From: Callorhinchus milii
Lineage: Eukaryota
Assembly: GCF_018977255.1 (NCBI RefSeq)
Contig: NW_024704742.1
Span: forward strand, 126,978,001 to 127,042,000
Length of the DNA: 64,000 bases
Reading direction: 5' to 3'
Shown: piece by piece, positions 12,930 to 27,001 of the stretch
Numbering within the stretch: position 1 is the stretch's first letter
How the letters are laid out: each line of letters begins with the position of its first letter
The notes under the pieces: model-generated
The model's database searches: none
Told to the model about the DNA's origin: nothing
The model's input: only the letters and a program-made list of their open reading frames with translations
Made by a program: the position numbers and the translations under genes

Positions 12930-14932
12930 ATCTAGAATGAAGCAGAAAAAGGAGGCGTTTGACAAATGTCAAGCCCAAGATACAGAAGACAACCAAATAG
13001 AATATAGGAAGTGCAGAAGAGGTTTGAAAAAGGAAATAAGAGGGGTAAAAAGATTATACGAAAAAAGGTTAGCAGGTAACATAAAAGGGAATGCTAAAAT
13101 ATTTTACAAGCATATCAAGAAAAAAAGGCTAGTCAAAGGTAGGGTGGGGCCAATTAAGGACCGAGGGGGAAATCTTGTTGTGGAGGCAGAGGGCATGGCT
13201 GATGTGCTGAATGAGTACTTTGCATCTGTCTTCACAAAAGAAGTGGATGCACCAAATGCCGCAGTATCGGAAGAGAGGGTAGAGAAAATGAATAGGATAA
13301 GTATAAACAGAGAGGAAGTACTGAAAAGGTTGACTATGCTGAAGGTAGATAAGTCGCCCGGTCCGGACGGGATGCAACCAAGATTACTATGGGAGGCACG
13401 GGTACAATAGCGGAGGCTTTGGCTACAATTTTTCAAAATTCCCCTTTTTTGTACAGGGGAAACACAGTGGTGCCAGAGCACTGGAGAGTGGCCAATGTGA
13501 TTCCCCTGTACAAAAAAGGACAGAAGGACAAACCTGGGAACTATTGCCAGTCAGCCTACCATCAGTAGTGGGGAAACTCCTAGAGACTATAATCCGGGAC
13601 AGAATAAATCTTCACTTAGAAGAATATGGATTAATTAGGGACAGCCAACATGGATGTGTTAAAAGCAAATCTTGTCAAACAAATCTAATAGAATTTTTCG
13701 ATGAGGTAACGGAGAGGGTGAATAAAGGTAGTGCAGTTGATGTAGTTTATATGGACTTTCAAAAGGCATTTGACAAAGTGCCACATGAAAGACTTGTAAG
13801 AAAGATAGAAGCCCATGGTATAAAAGGGAGAGTGGCAGCATAGATCCAGAACTGGCTGGGAGACAGAAAGCAGAGAGTTGTGGTGAACGGCTGCTTTTCT
13901 GACCTGAGGGAAGTGTACAGTGGCGTCCCCCAGGGATCAATTTTAGGACCACTACTTTTCTTAATATACATAAATGATCTGGACTTGGGTATAGCAAGCA
14001 CCATTTCCAAGTTTGCGGACGACACAAAGTTAGGTAGGGTAGTAAACAGTGAGAAAGATAGTAGCCAACTGCAGGAAGACATAGACAGAATGGTAAAATG
14101 GGTAGACACATGGCAGATGAGTTTCAATGTGGAGAAATGCGAGGTAATGCATTTTCGTAGAAAGAATGAGGGGAGGCAATGTAGGCAGGTAATACAATCT
14201 TAAGGGGGGGTAAAAGAACAGAGAGACCTGGGGGTGCAGGTAAATGAATCCTTGAAGGTGGCAGTACAGGTAGATAAAGCTGTAAAAAGGGCATATGGGA
14301 TATTAGGCTTTATAAATAGAGGCATAGAGTACAAGAGTCAGGAGGTTATGATTAACCTATATAAAACACTGATTAGGCCTCAGTTAGAATACTGCGCCCA
14401 GTTCTGGGCACCACACTATAGGAAGGATGTTAAGGCATTGGAAAGGATGCAGAGGAGATTTACGAGGATGGTACCAGGAATGAGGGACCTTGATTATGAG
14501 GAAAGGCTAGAGAGGTTAGGATTATTCTCATTGGAGCAGAGAAGGTTACGAGGAGACCTAATAGAGGTCTTCAATATCATGAGGGGATATGATAGGTTAG
14601 AAAAGGAAAAACTGTTTCCACTGGTGGGTGTGTCGGTGACTCGAGGTCACAGATTCAAAATAGTCTCTAAAAGAAGCAGAGTGGAGGTGAGAAGAAATTT
14701 TTTCTCGCAGCGAGTTGTTCGAATCTGGAACGCATTGTCTTAAAGGGTGATGGAGGGCGATTCAATAACAACTTTTAAAAATGCGTTGGATGGGTATTTG
14801 AGGAGGATGGGTTTGCAGGGTTACGGGGAAAGGGATGGGGAGTGGGATTGACATAAATTGCTCTATTCAAAGAGCCGATACAAACTCAATGGGCCAAATG
14901 GCCTCTTTTTGTGCTGTACGATTCTATGATTC
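12930..14932 (+). mobile_element. CR1 LINE, about 2 kb, 5'-truncated, RT-encoding ORF2 disrupted
   Basis: ORF pieces with SPGPDGM, VVYMDFQKAFDKVPH, GVPQGSILGP, KFADDTK and LFSLEQRRLRGDLIEV; stops and frameshifts; attctatgattc terminus. Confidence 0.96.
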
Positions 14933-14959
14933 CAGGTTGGTACAACCTTCAATTAATAT

Positions 14960-15470
14960 GATCAGTATACTTGGGAATACCTGTATTAGCTGTATCCTTA
15001 TCATTAAACTGAATGGAAAACAGAGGATCCATGCACAGATTCCTGTTACGTGCTTCAAATTATCTTTATTTATCCTTACTATCCACCTTCAAGTTTTCAG
15101 CCATTCGTCCAATGTGACACCAATTTACCCTTACCATCTGACTTACTTTCTCAACCAATTTCTTAAGTGGCACCTTATTGAACTCTTTCTGAAAAGATCT
15201 ATACAAACAACATCAACTGCATTCCCTTTATCTGTACACTATGTTTTTCCCCAAAAAGGCAATTAAATTAGTCAAGCACAATCTGTCATTACAAATCCAT
15301 GCTGGCTCACCTGGCTCAATCCCAGTCATTGTAGCGTTCATAAATACCACCTATATTACACACTGCAAAAGTTTAAAGTGGTGTACAAAATTTGGCCTAC
15401 AATTTTCCAATTTCCCACTTTACCTTTTTTTAAAAAAAAGCAGGGTGTAACTTTGGTCTCTGCTTTGGCA
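14960..15470 (-). mobile_element. Old degraded CR1 fragment
   Basis: Antisense remnants such as atacaaacaacatcaactgcattcccttt and ttagtcaagcacaatctg. Confidence 0.55.
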
Positions 15471-16177
15471 TGATTCCCAATATTTGGCCAAACATTGCAT
15501 GCAAAATGTTAATATTACAATGCAGCCCCATTATCAGGAGACCAACTCAAAGCGCTTCACTGTAATGTGCAGTGATCTTAATGAATTAACACTTGACAAT
15601 TTCTCCTGGTGTTCTGACCAACAATCCCCAGATAAAATTAATCATTCCCTTCATGGTTATTTGTGGGAAATTATTGTGCGCAAATTGGCTGGAGCATTCG
15701 CATACAAATATAGGGTCAGTACACTTTACAATCAAAATCCTGTTTAGTGCTTTCAAAAGTAAAAAACACTATCACATTCAAAGATTGTTCATTATTATTA
15801 CCATTGCCAAACTATTTTCCAATACAGTTACCCACTAAGCATGCATCAAAACCCTTGAATGCAAGTTACCAAATCAATTACAATAACAACTTGCATTTAT
15901 ATAGCGCCCTTCACACAGGGCAGCATCTCGGAGCTCTTAAATTATATTCATCCACTAAGTTATCTGCTGAAAGGATTCTAGTATTCTGCCTCAACATCAC
16001 TTACAACTTCTGTACTCCCAAGATGAACATTAATAGTGTTGCATAAACTATGCAACATGCTCTCAAGTCCTTTCCCCCTTATTGCAATATCACATAATTG
16101 CTCTAATTCCCAATTCACTCTTTGGAGAATATCAAAACATATGCACTCTTCTAGGCCTCAGATTCAGCCCTATATTT

Positions 16178-16292
16178 AATAATAATAATCTTTGAATTGG
16201 ATATAGCGCTTGTCACGTCTTCTAGACGTCTCAAAGCACTTCACAGAATATACTGTAAAGTGAATTGACTGCATTTTTGTGGGCAAAACGCT
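16178..16292 (-). mobile_element. (ATT)n-tailed SINE 3' fragment
   Basis: aataataatc...cacagaatatactgtaaagtgaattgac. Confidence 0.8.
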
Positions 16293-16649
16293 ATTTAGAG
16301 GAGTTCTTAATATTATTCTCCAGCATTTTATTCATTTTCCTTTCTCATTTCCTTGAAGATTCTAGAGTGTAAACCATCAGGTTTTCTCCACCTCTTTCGT
16401 GCTTTAAATTTCTTTACAATTCTGACATCTACGTTAGTTATAGAAACTCTATCAACTTCAACAGAAAATGTAATTTGTTCGTATACCTCAGTTGTAAATA
16501 TTGACATCAATAATTAAACATATTCTGTCATGTTTTGATCTCTCTATCACAGCTATACCTCACATACTCTTAGAGAAATTACACTCTGAATATTGTTTTT
16601 ATTTCGTACACAAGTGACTGTCATCTTTGTGGGGGAGGGGCCATGTATG

Positions 16650-16910
16650 CGATTCCAAGGTAACGTGATAACGGAATGTCACAATCAAGCCAACCCTCTG
16701 TGACGGTCTCAGTAGTCCGGTCTTGAGCCAGGCAGGTCCACAGTACTCCAGAGCATTGCTGATGATGGACCTGGCCAGCTTATCTTTCATTAGATTGGTC
16801 ACTAGGGACTGGTCACTCCTGCCTTCCCTGCAAGTCAAAGTCCTAAAGAGGTAGGGTGGGCTGAGCTGGATTAGCAGCTTCCCAGACAGTACTCTTAATG
16901 GCTAAAATAG
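16650..16910. repeat. Unclassified ancient repeat, copy 3
   Basis: Reverse complement atcagcaatgctctggagtactgtggacctgcctggctca matches 55379-55418. Confidence 0.7.
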
Positions 16911-16999
16911 CAACAGTAACTTCCTTTGCACCCTTCAAACAGGGTAGAGTTTCAAAACGCTTTATACCGTTTCAGCTAATTAAACTCCAACAGTACCCC

Positions 17000-17222
17000 A
17001 ACATCCATTCTGGTGACTGTGCTTTCCAATCCTACGCCTTAACCTCTGGAACATCCTCTCAACCCCTCTATCATGCCTCTTCTCCATCTGTCTTCATATC
17101 CCACCTCAAAGTCAACCTTTTTGACCATGTCTATTGTCACCTTCTTCCGCCTTCTGCTGTTATAAAACACTCCAAGATATTACTCTATATGAAGAGCACT
17201 ATATAAATGCAAGTTGTAGTTA
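17000..17222 (+). mobile_element. Degraded L2 3' end
   Basis: acctctggaac...cacctcaaagtcaacctttttgacc...actatataaatgcaagttgt. Confidence 0.65.
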
Positions 17223-19699
17223 TTGGTTTGGATACTCTTAAGTATGGATGGGTTTATCAATATGTCATACACCCAGCTGACCCAAACAAAATTACACAAC
17301 TGAAAAAGTGTTTCGATCAGTTTTACAATTCAATTCATCTTTCTATTTTCCTCTTATTTCTTCAAAAGTTTATTTTAGCTACCTGCACCCAAGTTATGTA
17401 AAACACTCTCTCACCACCTTTTGTTTTTATTATTTTAAACCAACTATTTTCAGTGAAACTGGAATTGAGAAGTTTTAATTTCATTTTTAAAAAGAATTCC
17501 ATCAGTTTCTCCATTACAACATCTTTACCTCAGTCTCACTTCCTCGCCTTGCTACGAACGCTATTTATAGACTGAGACATTATAGCTTCTCCAGGTATTA
17601 TCTGACAGTGAGAATATGCCAGTACCCATGGGAAACCTCCAGTTTGTTCATTTCTATATCAGCTGAATATCACATAACTTCAGTCTAATACACATCTGAG
17701 AACCGAACTTCAGATATACAGCAAGACCAGAATAGACACGAAATACAGCAAGTTATTTGGTGACACTCCCACCATTTAAATCCACAGCCACAGTACAAAA
17801 CAATACCAAATTGCATTTAAGTAGTGTCTTTCACATCAGGAGGATATTCCTAGGGCAGTCGAAGGTTTGAACCTGAACTGTGTGTTAGATTTGGGGGACA
17901 AGGGGGGTAGGGGTAAGGACGAATCTTAGGAGTCCAATTTTCTTTTGCAAAGTAAAACCAATAACAACAGTTGCTCCCTATTAGGACACCGTTTGGGTGC
18001 ATACGTTCAGAATGTGCATTACTACAGGTGCTCTGTAAAAACAGCTGCTCATCAGTAGTTCTGTCCCAGCGTCTTGGAACGTCCTCCTGACATGAAAGGC
18101 ACTATACAAATGTAATTGTGTATTGTATCACTGCTGAAATGACTTCCTACGAGAGTTTAGAAACAAAACTAATTTCAACTGAACTGGAACTTATCTAGAC
18201 ACATCAGTTGTGAAAATAACAAGACAAATTTATTTAAAGCTTTCTGCCATTTCTCTATTTCCGTTTGATAGTTCTACCTATGCTTGAGCACAGCACTTTA
18301 AGATGTTGGCCAGTCAGTGCTGGAAGTGTACTGTATTTCAGGCACACAGTGGCTCAATCGTACAATTATAAACAAATCCATACAATACAAAATACAATAC
18401 GATAGGTGTCCAACATTTCCTCTCTGGTAATGAGAAAATACAGTAGTTCAAACTTAAAACAAAGGGAAATCAGGTATAGTTTGTCATAGTCAGTGTACCA
18501 GGAATTTCAACTGATGCATTAAAAGGGATAAATAAGAGAAAACTACACAATTTCTGGAAATCTGTATTACCCATTTTAAATTTTTAGTTTTATTGTTAGT
18601 TTTGGTGCTATAAATAGCTGTGAGCAGATTCTAACTCACATGCTGAGTTTATGTGGGTGGTAGTAAGCAGAGGTGTGTTGCTTTCCCCAAGGGAGGGAGG
18701 ACGAACAAAACACAAATATTTAGAGGATAAGTCATCCTGAACTCCACGTAGCCAGTTTATGAGAAGCACTGATGGGAGACCTAGGAAAAGGTCACCTCTT
18801 GAGCAGAAAATGAAATGCAACTAAAGGGTACCTAAATCAGGATGGGAGAAATAAAATAAAATTCAACTAAAGTTTTTTTGAAAAACGAAAAAAATGCACA
18901 TGACTGCAATCTAATTATTAGGTATCTAATCATACTCAAGACACATTTGTAGCTTTTTTTACTCATATTTTATTTTACCTTTTTTATATCGACTTTTTTT
19001 ATTTTACTGTTGTTCTGCATATCAATTAAAAAAGAGAGAAAGCAGAACAAGATGTGACACTCCAGGAAGGCACAAAGGCAGAGGGCACTACACAGTTGAA
19101 ACTTGAGCAAAGCAGAAACCATGGAGAGTATTGAAATTAACTGGAGAAAATGCACAGTCAGTGAGAACTACAGGAGAACAGGGCGTCACACATCACACTG
19201 CAGAGAGAGGAGAGCAGTTGCAATGGCAGCGATTCAGCAGAGAAGTTGAAGAAAGACAGCAATTAAATAGATATACCTGACTGTGGATTACCTGCCAGAA
19301 GTTGGGATTTTTTTTTTGATCATGCAAAAACCCATCATCATTCTTCAGAGTAATCAAACCAGAGAGTTCCACATATGTACAACACTTAAACATGGACGTT
19401 TCCCTGTGTCTAGAATGAAATGTGCACTCTCCCCCTGGAGGGATGCACTCCACTGACCTAATCTGAAGAGATTCAGTTGCAGGTTGCTAAGAGCCCAGTG
19501 TGTGTGTGGGGGTACTGCTGAAATTTAACCAGTCTAATCAGCACTGTCTTACCGCTGCTTGTCTGGCTCAGACCACAATAGAGATTTGGCTTGAGGGATA
19601 ACAGGTGCTGTGCAGGAAGAATCCCTACAACAGTACAAATCAATAACTCAGTTCAAATATCTGCAAAAGAATTGTGCACATTGATTGGACTACCTTGCA

Positions 19700-19860
19700 A
19701 GTCCTGCCAACACGCCAGGTTGGCTGGTTTGTCATCATGGGTGCCTAAGACCTCTGGAAGCCCACCCGTCTTTGGAACTGGAGCTCCAAGACAGACTGCT
19801 AGGGTGGGCTGACTCGGTTTCAACATTCTCTTGTCAAGTACATCACATTGGAGTTCCAAG
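19700..19860. repeat. Unclassified ancient repeat, copy 4
   Basis: gctgactcggtttcaacattc...catcacattggag aligns with the reverse complement of 9715-9756. Confidence 0.5.
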
Positions 19861-22800
19861 GAGACCGAAGTCAGCACAATGCTGGGGAAGGTAGTAGAGT
19901 TGCTGATAAAACTGGGCAGGCAGGAGAGATTTTCGTCATCTTAGTCACAATCACCCAATTGCAGTTGTAAGTCATCTCAATTCAATTTAGAGTTCAAAAT
20001 ATTTTGTACAAATCAAAAAGTCTTTTTACCAAGTCATGAAAATGTTTGTTTTTTAGCTCCTGCCTTCCTTACTTTTGGTTTTAACTCAGAACACAAAACT
20101 GAAGTATATCTATTGACAGTAGAAAATCATTAAATCAGATCAAATAACTGCAGGAGAATTCTGTAGTGAGTAACGTAATCTTTCACAATTTCACTTAAAA
20201 CGTTTTTGAAGACTGAGACTAAAGAGTCTATTTGCCACTGGAGACTGCAGCGACCAAACTCGCTCAAATCCATCATGACAAAATAGAGCACAAAAGGTGG
20301 AAAACTGCAGCTGCAACACACATTGTGCCTGCAGTCCTTAGAATGTGAAATCCCAAATCTGAGACACAACACAGAGCTGTGCAATGGGCAGAGCTCATAC
20401 ATGAAGAGAGATGGGGCAATTTGAGAGCATGTTGCTATAGAGTAATTGAAAATTTACAAAAGGGCCAATTTAAGAAGAAGGGCAGGAAGTACAAAAGGAC
20501 ACTGGGAGTGGGACAAAGTGTGTGGCTTATTGAGAGTTTGGATGACAAATAAAGAAGCTACTAAAACACCCTTGATTTGGATCGAGTTATAAGTCAAATA
20601 TGGTAGGAGCCACCTTCAACACACTATCAGTGAAAACTTCGGAACAGATCACCCACTCAAAAATGTGCTTCAGTGAGAAGGGAGCAAGTGAAATATATGA
20701 CTCATTAAAAGAGAAAAGAACACTCCCTGAAGAAAATGAAATGGTTCAAATAGTACAGGCCGCTCTGTAACTTTTTCAAATCAAAAACGCCTCTTCTTTA
20801 CCTGCTTCAGTTCCAGGCACACACACCAAACTAGTGCTGAGAGGCAATGTTTGCAATCTTAATACTATTAAGTATCTGTAACAGATCTGATGAAATAGCA
20901 GTGGAAATTGAGAACTGAGGCTAAATATCAACAAACCTTGCTCTGGCGGCTTTCTGCCCTCTGCTTGGGTCACCTTGCCGCTGGCCTTTTTTGTTTCAGC
21001 ACTTTGGGAAATCCTCCCGACATGAAAGGTGTTCTATAAATGTAATTTTGTTGTTGTTGTTACGGGCTACATGAAGGTTCACCATTCATGAGGAGAAAGA
21101 GGTCACTGTAGCGGATACTATGATATCACACAATTATCAACCAGCATTAATCAAAATAATGGAAAGGATAATTAAGACAAAAGAGGAAGATAGCTATAAA
21201 CGAGGATCCATGCGCACCTTCTTTTCATTTCAAGTCAGTGCGACTATAGCTTAAATCGAGCATAAGCATTGCTGTCCAAGAGACAACCTCAGCAATCTTC
21301 TCTGATTGTTGAGGAATTGACCAGCTCTGGAGGCAGGGATACCAAAGAAATGTTGCTCACTGGCCTGGAATGGATTTTGCCCTATTGCAAATGGCAACCT
21401 AAAAAAACTGCACCCAGTACTTGTTCGCATCTGTTTCCTATTGCTCTATTGTTCTCGCTGCCAAGGAATCAGGTTTCATAATATAAACTAAAGTTGTTTC
21501 TACAGCACCTGGATCCTCAAGTTATTTTACAGAATGATTCAAATAAGCCTTTCTATAATGTAAATGCAACAGATGACATTTAAATATTCTCAAGCTTTCA
21601 ATTGATTTTGCATATGTAGGTGGCGAACGCCAACAATAGAGAATGAAACACTGACATTGATATGCACCTGGTGTCAGCACTCAGCATCCGAGGGTAGAGT
21701 TTAGCAAAGCCAGCTTCTGAGTAAAGATTCCTCTATTCTGTCCAAATACAGAGAATGTATTCCCATACCATTTACTAGATATCGCTAATGTGGCAATACT
21801 CATTGGGCTTCTCTGCTCCATGGTGATTAACAAATTTGTTCATGAGCGGACTGTCCTCCAAAAGGAGGAAGAGTGTGCTCTTCAGAGCTGAGCTAGCTCC
21901 TATTTGACATGCTTGAGCAGGTAATGTAAGCATCAAATCCACGCTCTGTAACGGTGTTGGTATTCTGGTTCCTGAGTCTGGCAAGTCTGCAGGCCCCTAT
22001 AAATCAGGTCCCAGTCAGCTGAGTTCATGTCGGAGGTTTCGCATCTCATGGTCAGAAGGTTGTGGATTCAAGTCCAAAGTTACAATAATAATAATCCTTG
22101 CAGTTGATAAAGCACCTCATCACGTCGTTGAAATGTCTCAAAGTACATCACAGAATATTATGAAGTGGATTGACTCAAATTTGAATTTGAGCTCATAATC
22201 TAGATGAAACCAATGATTGCGCCCACAAATACTAGATTGCTATACTATTCAAGTACAGCAAAGAGAGTGTAACATTGTTGGATTTTACATCTTCACACAG
22301 TGCCAATGAATGTGTACCCAGAAGGAGGAAAGGCATTTAGACATGCCTTTTCAAACATATTAAGACAAATATATTAAGAAGGGAATTGGGAAATAGTGAG
22401 ACCATTAATGGTTGCTAAAAAATAAATGAAATAATTTCACCTACAAAATGAGACACGAATGAAGCATCTGAGCAGAGGAGGAGGAGGAGGTGATGCAGTG
22501 TCAAAATACATGATGGTACATAACAGCTTTACTTTAAGGAGAGGCACGACTGTGCAGCTGTGTGTCAGTCGATGATTCATTTTCGGTCCTCTCCAGGATT
22601 CTCTGCAGGATTCCCAGACACTTCTCTGACAGGTTCTTTCCCCAACCCACTCAAGTATAATGACAATTTTCAAGTAAGACTCCCAAGAATTAAACACAGG
22701 AAATGCCAGACTTCATTCTGGTTCATAAGTCGACACAGACACCTTTTGGATTCCATCTGTAACTATGCTAAAAATGATCTCTTTCTTTTCAGAAAGTGCT

Positions 22801-23079
22801 TATGTAGTTCAACAATACAAAGTGCATCTAAGTTGCATTCATTTTTAAATTAAATAGTTTAATTGCTGTAATATTGCAATAGAATGCCTTCTAGTCACAG
22901 GATGGCTTATCCATATTGAGCTCCAATTCACGTGTGCACATTCCAATACACGTATACCTCAAGGGGCTGTATATCAAATGTAAAGATCATAAGTACAACA
23001 ACAACATTTATATAGAGCCCTTCACACGGGGTGGCATCTCGAAGTCTGAGTTTAATAATTGTGCAGGGTGATACAATAA

Positions 23080-23265
23080 CAAAAAAAAACTCTTGCTTTT
23101 GGTACAGTGCCTTTCACATCAGTACAACATTCCAATACGCTTCACAGGAATGTGTAGTGGTTGTACATATTGTGGGCAAAGATGGCAACTAATTTGCACG
23201 CAGCAAAATCCCATAAACAGCCATGAAGCGAATGATCAATTTTATCTGGGGGAATTGTTGGCCAG
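23080..23265 (-). mobile_element. Deu-domain SINE 3' part
   Basis: gcaactaatttgcacgcagcaaaatcccataaacagcc. Confidence 0.7.
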
Positions 23266-23444
23266 TACATAAGAACATAAGAATTTGCTAAGCAAAATAA
23301 GACCAAGGTCCATCTAGTTCACCTTCCACCATCCTGGCAGTCGCTTGACATTTTGTGTTCCAAACTATATACTGCATCCTTAGATATTATTTTCTATGCC
23401 CTTATTTTAAACTTTTCTCTTTCTAATTTTCTCCCAGTGCCATT

Positions 23445-23700
23445 AACATCTCATCCAAGGGGCAGCACCTTGACAATGGAGCACTCACCCCGCATTGCAG
23501 TGTTAGTGAAGTCTGCGAGTTCAGAGTTCTGACTTGCGGCTTGAACTTTAAGGTTTAAACTTTAAGGTTTAAACTCTGTCTATCCAATGCCTTGGGACGT
23601 CCTCCCAAGGTGAAAGGGGCTATCTATACAGATGTAATTTTGTTGTTGTTGAACTTACAACCTTCGGACTGAGAGAATGTCACCAACTAAGCCAAGCTAA
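23445..23700 (-). mobile_element. SacSINE1-like 5' half, interrupted by an L2 tail (about 23585-23650)
   Basis: acatctcatccaag...gcacct and acaaccttcggactgagag...ccaactaagcca. Confidence 0.6.
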
Positions 23701-24199
23701 TACCCCCACTCCCCAATATCTTTCAGAAACTAGTGTACTGGTAAAGGCTTGGTGTTGTACTCACTCCTCTTGCAAAATAAGAATGATGAATGGCACTGGG
23801 AGAGAAACAGAACGAGAAAGTTTAAAATAAGAGCATTGAAAAACCTCAATACCTAATCTTCTAAAATTGATAATACTAAAAAAAAGTTTTGACCCATAAG
23901 TGGTGCATTGCATGACAAAATAATCAGTGTTGTATAGTACAAATAGTTCAGCTTTTAGCATTGTGCTGCAGGTGCTTGTTTGAGGCTGATATCATCAGCT
24001 GAGCACTTTACTGCAACACTGAGCGCTGCTTGTTACCATGCTGTAACTCACATACACCACAAGCGTTTGCGATTCCCACACTCAAATCTCAACCATACAG
24101 TTGAAAAAAGCTTATTGCAAAACTTTTCCTTCTGTATGTAAACGGTTCAAAGACCTGGTGCAGTACAACTTAGGGCACACAGATGTCTCTGCTAAGATT

Positions 24200-24915
24200 A
24201 AGTGGATGGGCGAGGGTGGGGGTGATAGGTTCACGGAGCCAGGTTCGGGAGAGGACACGAGCTGCAGAGTTCTAAATAATCTACAGCTTGTAGAGGGAGG
24301 AGTTCGGGAGGCCGACAAATAGGGAGTTTGTGTAGTGGAGTCTGAATGTTATGATTGAGTTAATGAGGGTCTCGGCAGCCTGCGGTATGAGGCAAAAGCT
24401 CTGCCGAAATACTGAATCCCAGAGACCAATTAATTGGGGTTAAATAATCTACAGCTTGTGGGAAGAGCTGGGAAGAGCGAAATGCAAGAAATGTAATCGA
24501 GCATGGATGTAATGAGGGTCTTGGCGGCCTTAGGGCAGAGCCAGGAGGCGGTCAATGTTGCGGAGATGGGGGAATACAGAACGGGTCATGGCACGAATGT
24601 GGGGTAAAAAGAATAATTGAGGTTCAGACAAGATGCCATGGTTCAGGACTGGCTCAGTGAGGTGTAGAGTCCCTCCATGGATTGTGTTGCTGTCAGTGCC
24701 TGAGGTATGGAGGCGCTGACAGGAGCGAAGCAGGAGGTCCTCGGTCATGTTGACGTTCAACTGGAGAAAGTTAGCTCTCATTCAGGACTTGATATCTGAC
24801 AGACAATCCGACAGAACATCAGTGGTCCTGTTGTTGAGGGTGGAGGCAGAGAGATAGAGTTGGGTATTATTTGCATACATAGTTAACCCCATGTCTGCGA
24901 ATGATGTCACCAAGT
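24200..24915 (-). mobile_element. L2 ORF2 fragment with an internal duplication
   Basis: MRANFLQLNVN (ORF 24530..24781); taaataatctacagcttgt occurs at both 24273 and 24441. Confidence 0.8.
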
Positions 24916-25456
24916 GGGACTTATCTGCAGACCAAAAGACATATTTACATTAGTACAATCATTTTCTTACATTTTTAATTTATGTGCAGAAAATGTTGTA
25001 TACACAATTGATTAAATTATCCAGAATGAGTGTAAATTAATTGGCACTGCAACACAATCACATTAATTATGAAAGAGTATTTAGTTCATGAAAACTATAT
25101 TGGGCATATGTAATGTAATGCAACGTATCAATTTAGAATTGGCCTGATATGGCATACTAACAAAATAATTTGGAAAGCATTATGATCTAATGTGGGAAAC
25201 GTAGATTTATCTTTAGACAAAGCACACTCTTTGCAAAACAATCCTGAGTTTGCTGCAGACAAGACAAACAGTACAGTGAACAAAACTCATTGGGGATGAT
25301 GGTCAATTTAATAGACTAGCTGGCCATTTTAAATATTGTTCCAAGGTAATTACAGTTTTACTTTCATAACAGAGGAAACAAATACAAATCCATTCTTATT
25401 AATAATTGACTATTTGGATAATGATTACTATAAGGTTCGAAAGAAAGAAAGAAATA

Positions 25457-25697
25457 GGGAGTTCTGTAGTTCAGTGGTTAGAGCACTCGCCTCACAAGTG
25501 AGAGACCTGGGTTTGATTCCAGGCAGGGCAAAACCTTGGGCAAGTTTCCTTACTCCACACGCCTGATAATAATTCCTCAAGAAAAAAAAACAATAATAAA
25601 TTGGTCATTTCAATCCACGACTGTTTGTGGGACATTGCAGTGCGCAATTGGCTGCCGCGTTTCGCCCACATATATAAAGTCAATTCACTTTGCAGTA
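25457..25697 (+). mobile_element. tRNA-derived SINE (short form) split by L2 insertions; resumes at 26413-26439
   Basis: Same head and body as the 12340 copy; stops at ttcactttgcagta and continues as agtatattctgtgagacgctttgagac. Confidence 0.9.
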
Positions 25698-26412
25698 CAA
25701 CAACAACAACTTGGATTTATATAGCGCCCTCCACACCGGATGACGTCTCAGACCACTTCACAGTAACGGATCCCGGGGCCAAGCCAGGGGGAGGGGGAGG
25801 AAGGTGACCAAAGGCGCGGTCGAAGAGAAAGGTCTTCAACAGAGACCTGAAGATAGGAAGAAAGGGGGCGAGGTAAAGGTAAAGGGAGTAGGAAGGGAGT
25901 TCCAGAGCCTCAGGGCATAGTGGCTGAAGGCACGGCTGCCGAGGGTGGAACGGAGGATTCGGGGGACAAGGAGGAGGCCAGACCCGGAGGAACAAAGGAA
26001 ATGGGCACTGTTTTTAGGAGAGAGGAGGTCAGAGAGGTAGGGGGGGTGCAGAGGAGTGGAGCGATTTGAAGACAAGGGTGAGGATCTTGAAGTCGATCCT
26101 CTTTAGGACAGGCAGCCAGTGCAGTCTGGCAAGAACTGGGGTGATCGGGGAGTGGAGATTGGTGCGCGTGAGAATGCGGACGGCAGAGTTTGAATAATCT
26201 GGATTGTATGGATGGTAGTGGAGGGGAGGCCGGCGAGAAGGGCGTTAGAATTGTCCATCCGAGAGGTGACAAAGGCATGGACCAGGGTTGCAGCGGCTTT
26301 GGGAGAGAGGTATTGGCGGAGACAGGCGATGCATCGGAGGTGGAAGAAAGCAGTGCCGTTGAGGGACCGGATGTGGGGGAGGAAGAATAATTGGGGATTG
26401 AACCTGACGCCT
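25698..26412 (-). mobile_element. L2 3' fragment, relatively young
   Basis: LVHAFVTSRMDNSNALLAGLP; (CAA)n tail at 25698. Confidence 0.92.
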
Positions 26413-26438
26413 AGTATATTCTGTGAGACGCTTTGAGA

Positions 26439-26716
26439 CAACAAAAACAACAAGATTGTATTTATAGAGTGTCTTTTACATCGGGAGGATGTCCCAAGGC
26501 ACTGGACAGTTGGGTCGGGACCCGAGCAGGGGGGAAATGGTCAGGGTGAGGGGAGGGAAGGGAGGGAGCGAGGAGGGCGTAGAGAGTTGAGAGGGGGGGG
26601 TAAAGGCGCGGTTGAAGAGAAAGGTCTTGAGACCGGCCTTGAAGGAGGAAAGGTTCCAGGCAAAGGTTCCAGGCAAAGGCACTGAGGGATGGAATTCCAA
26701 AGCCTAGGGGCTGAGA
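26439..26716 (-). mobile_element. L2 3' end, different subfamily
   Basis: SSFKAGLKTFLFNRAF; closely similar to 42470-42669. Confidence 0.88.
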
Positions 26717-27001
26717 GACTCTCTCAGTCACTCTGATAACAATGCAACAAATTCTATCAAACTATCAGCACTTTTTATCCACAGAACCAGTATCTCTTAA
26801 GATTTCCTACAACACAAATAAATTGCAATTGTGACACTTTGTTTATTCTGTAGAGGGCAGAGAATCCTTATCAGGTTATTTTGTGGTCAGCTGGGTATCT
26901 GACACATGCAGAAACCAATCACCCTGCTAAAGAAGATCCACACCAGAGCTCCACCTATATATATGCCGCCTGGTTTAGATACGTTTCCTCATGTTTCAAA
27001 G

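Noticed and set aside
12937..14743. Active or domesticated reverse transcriptase
   Set aside because: 5'-truncated CR1 with in-frame stops and frameshifts
22597..22673. Plus-strand exon-like segment (ctctccag|...CAA|gtaaga)
   Set aside because: Isolated, opposite strand to the better candidates, unrecognised peptide; such site pairs occur by chance
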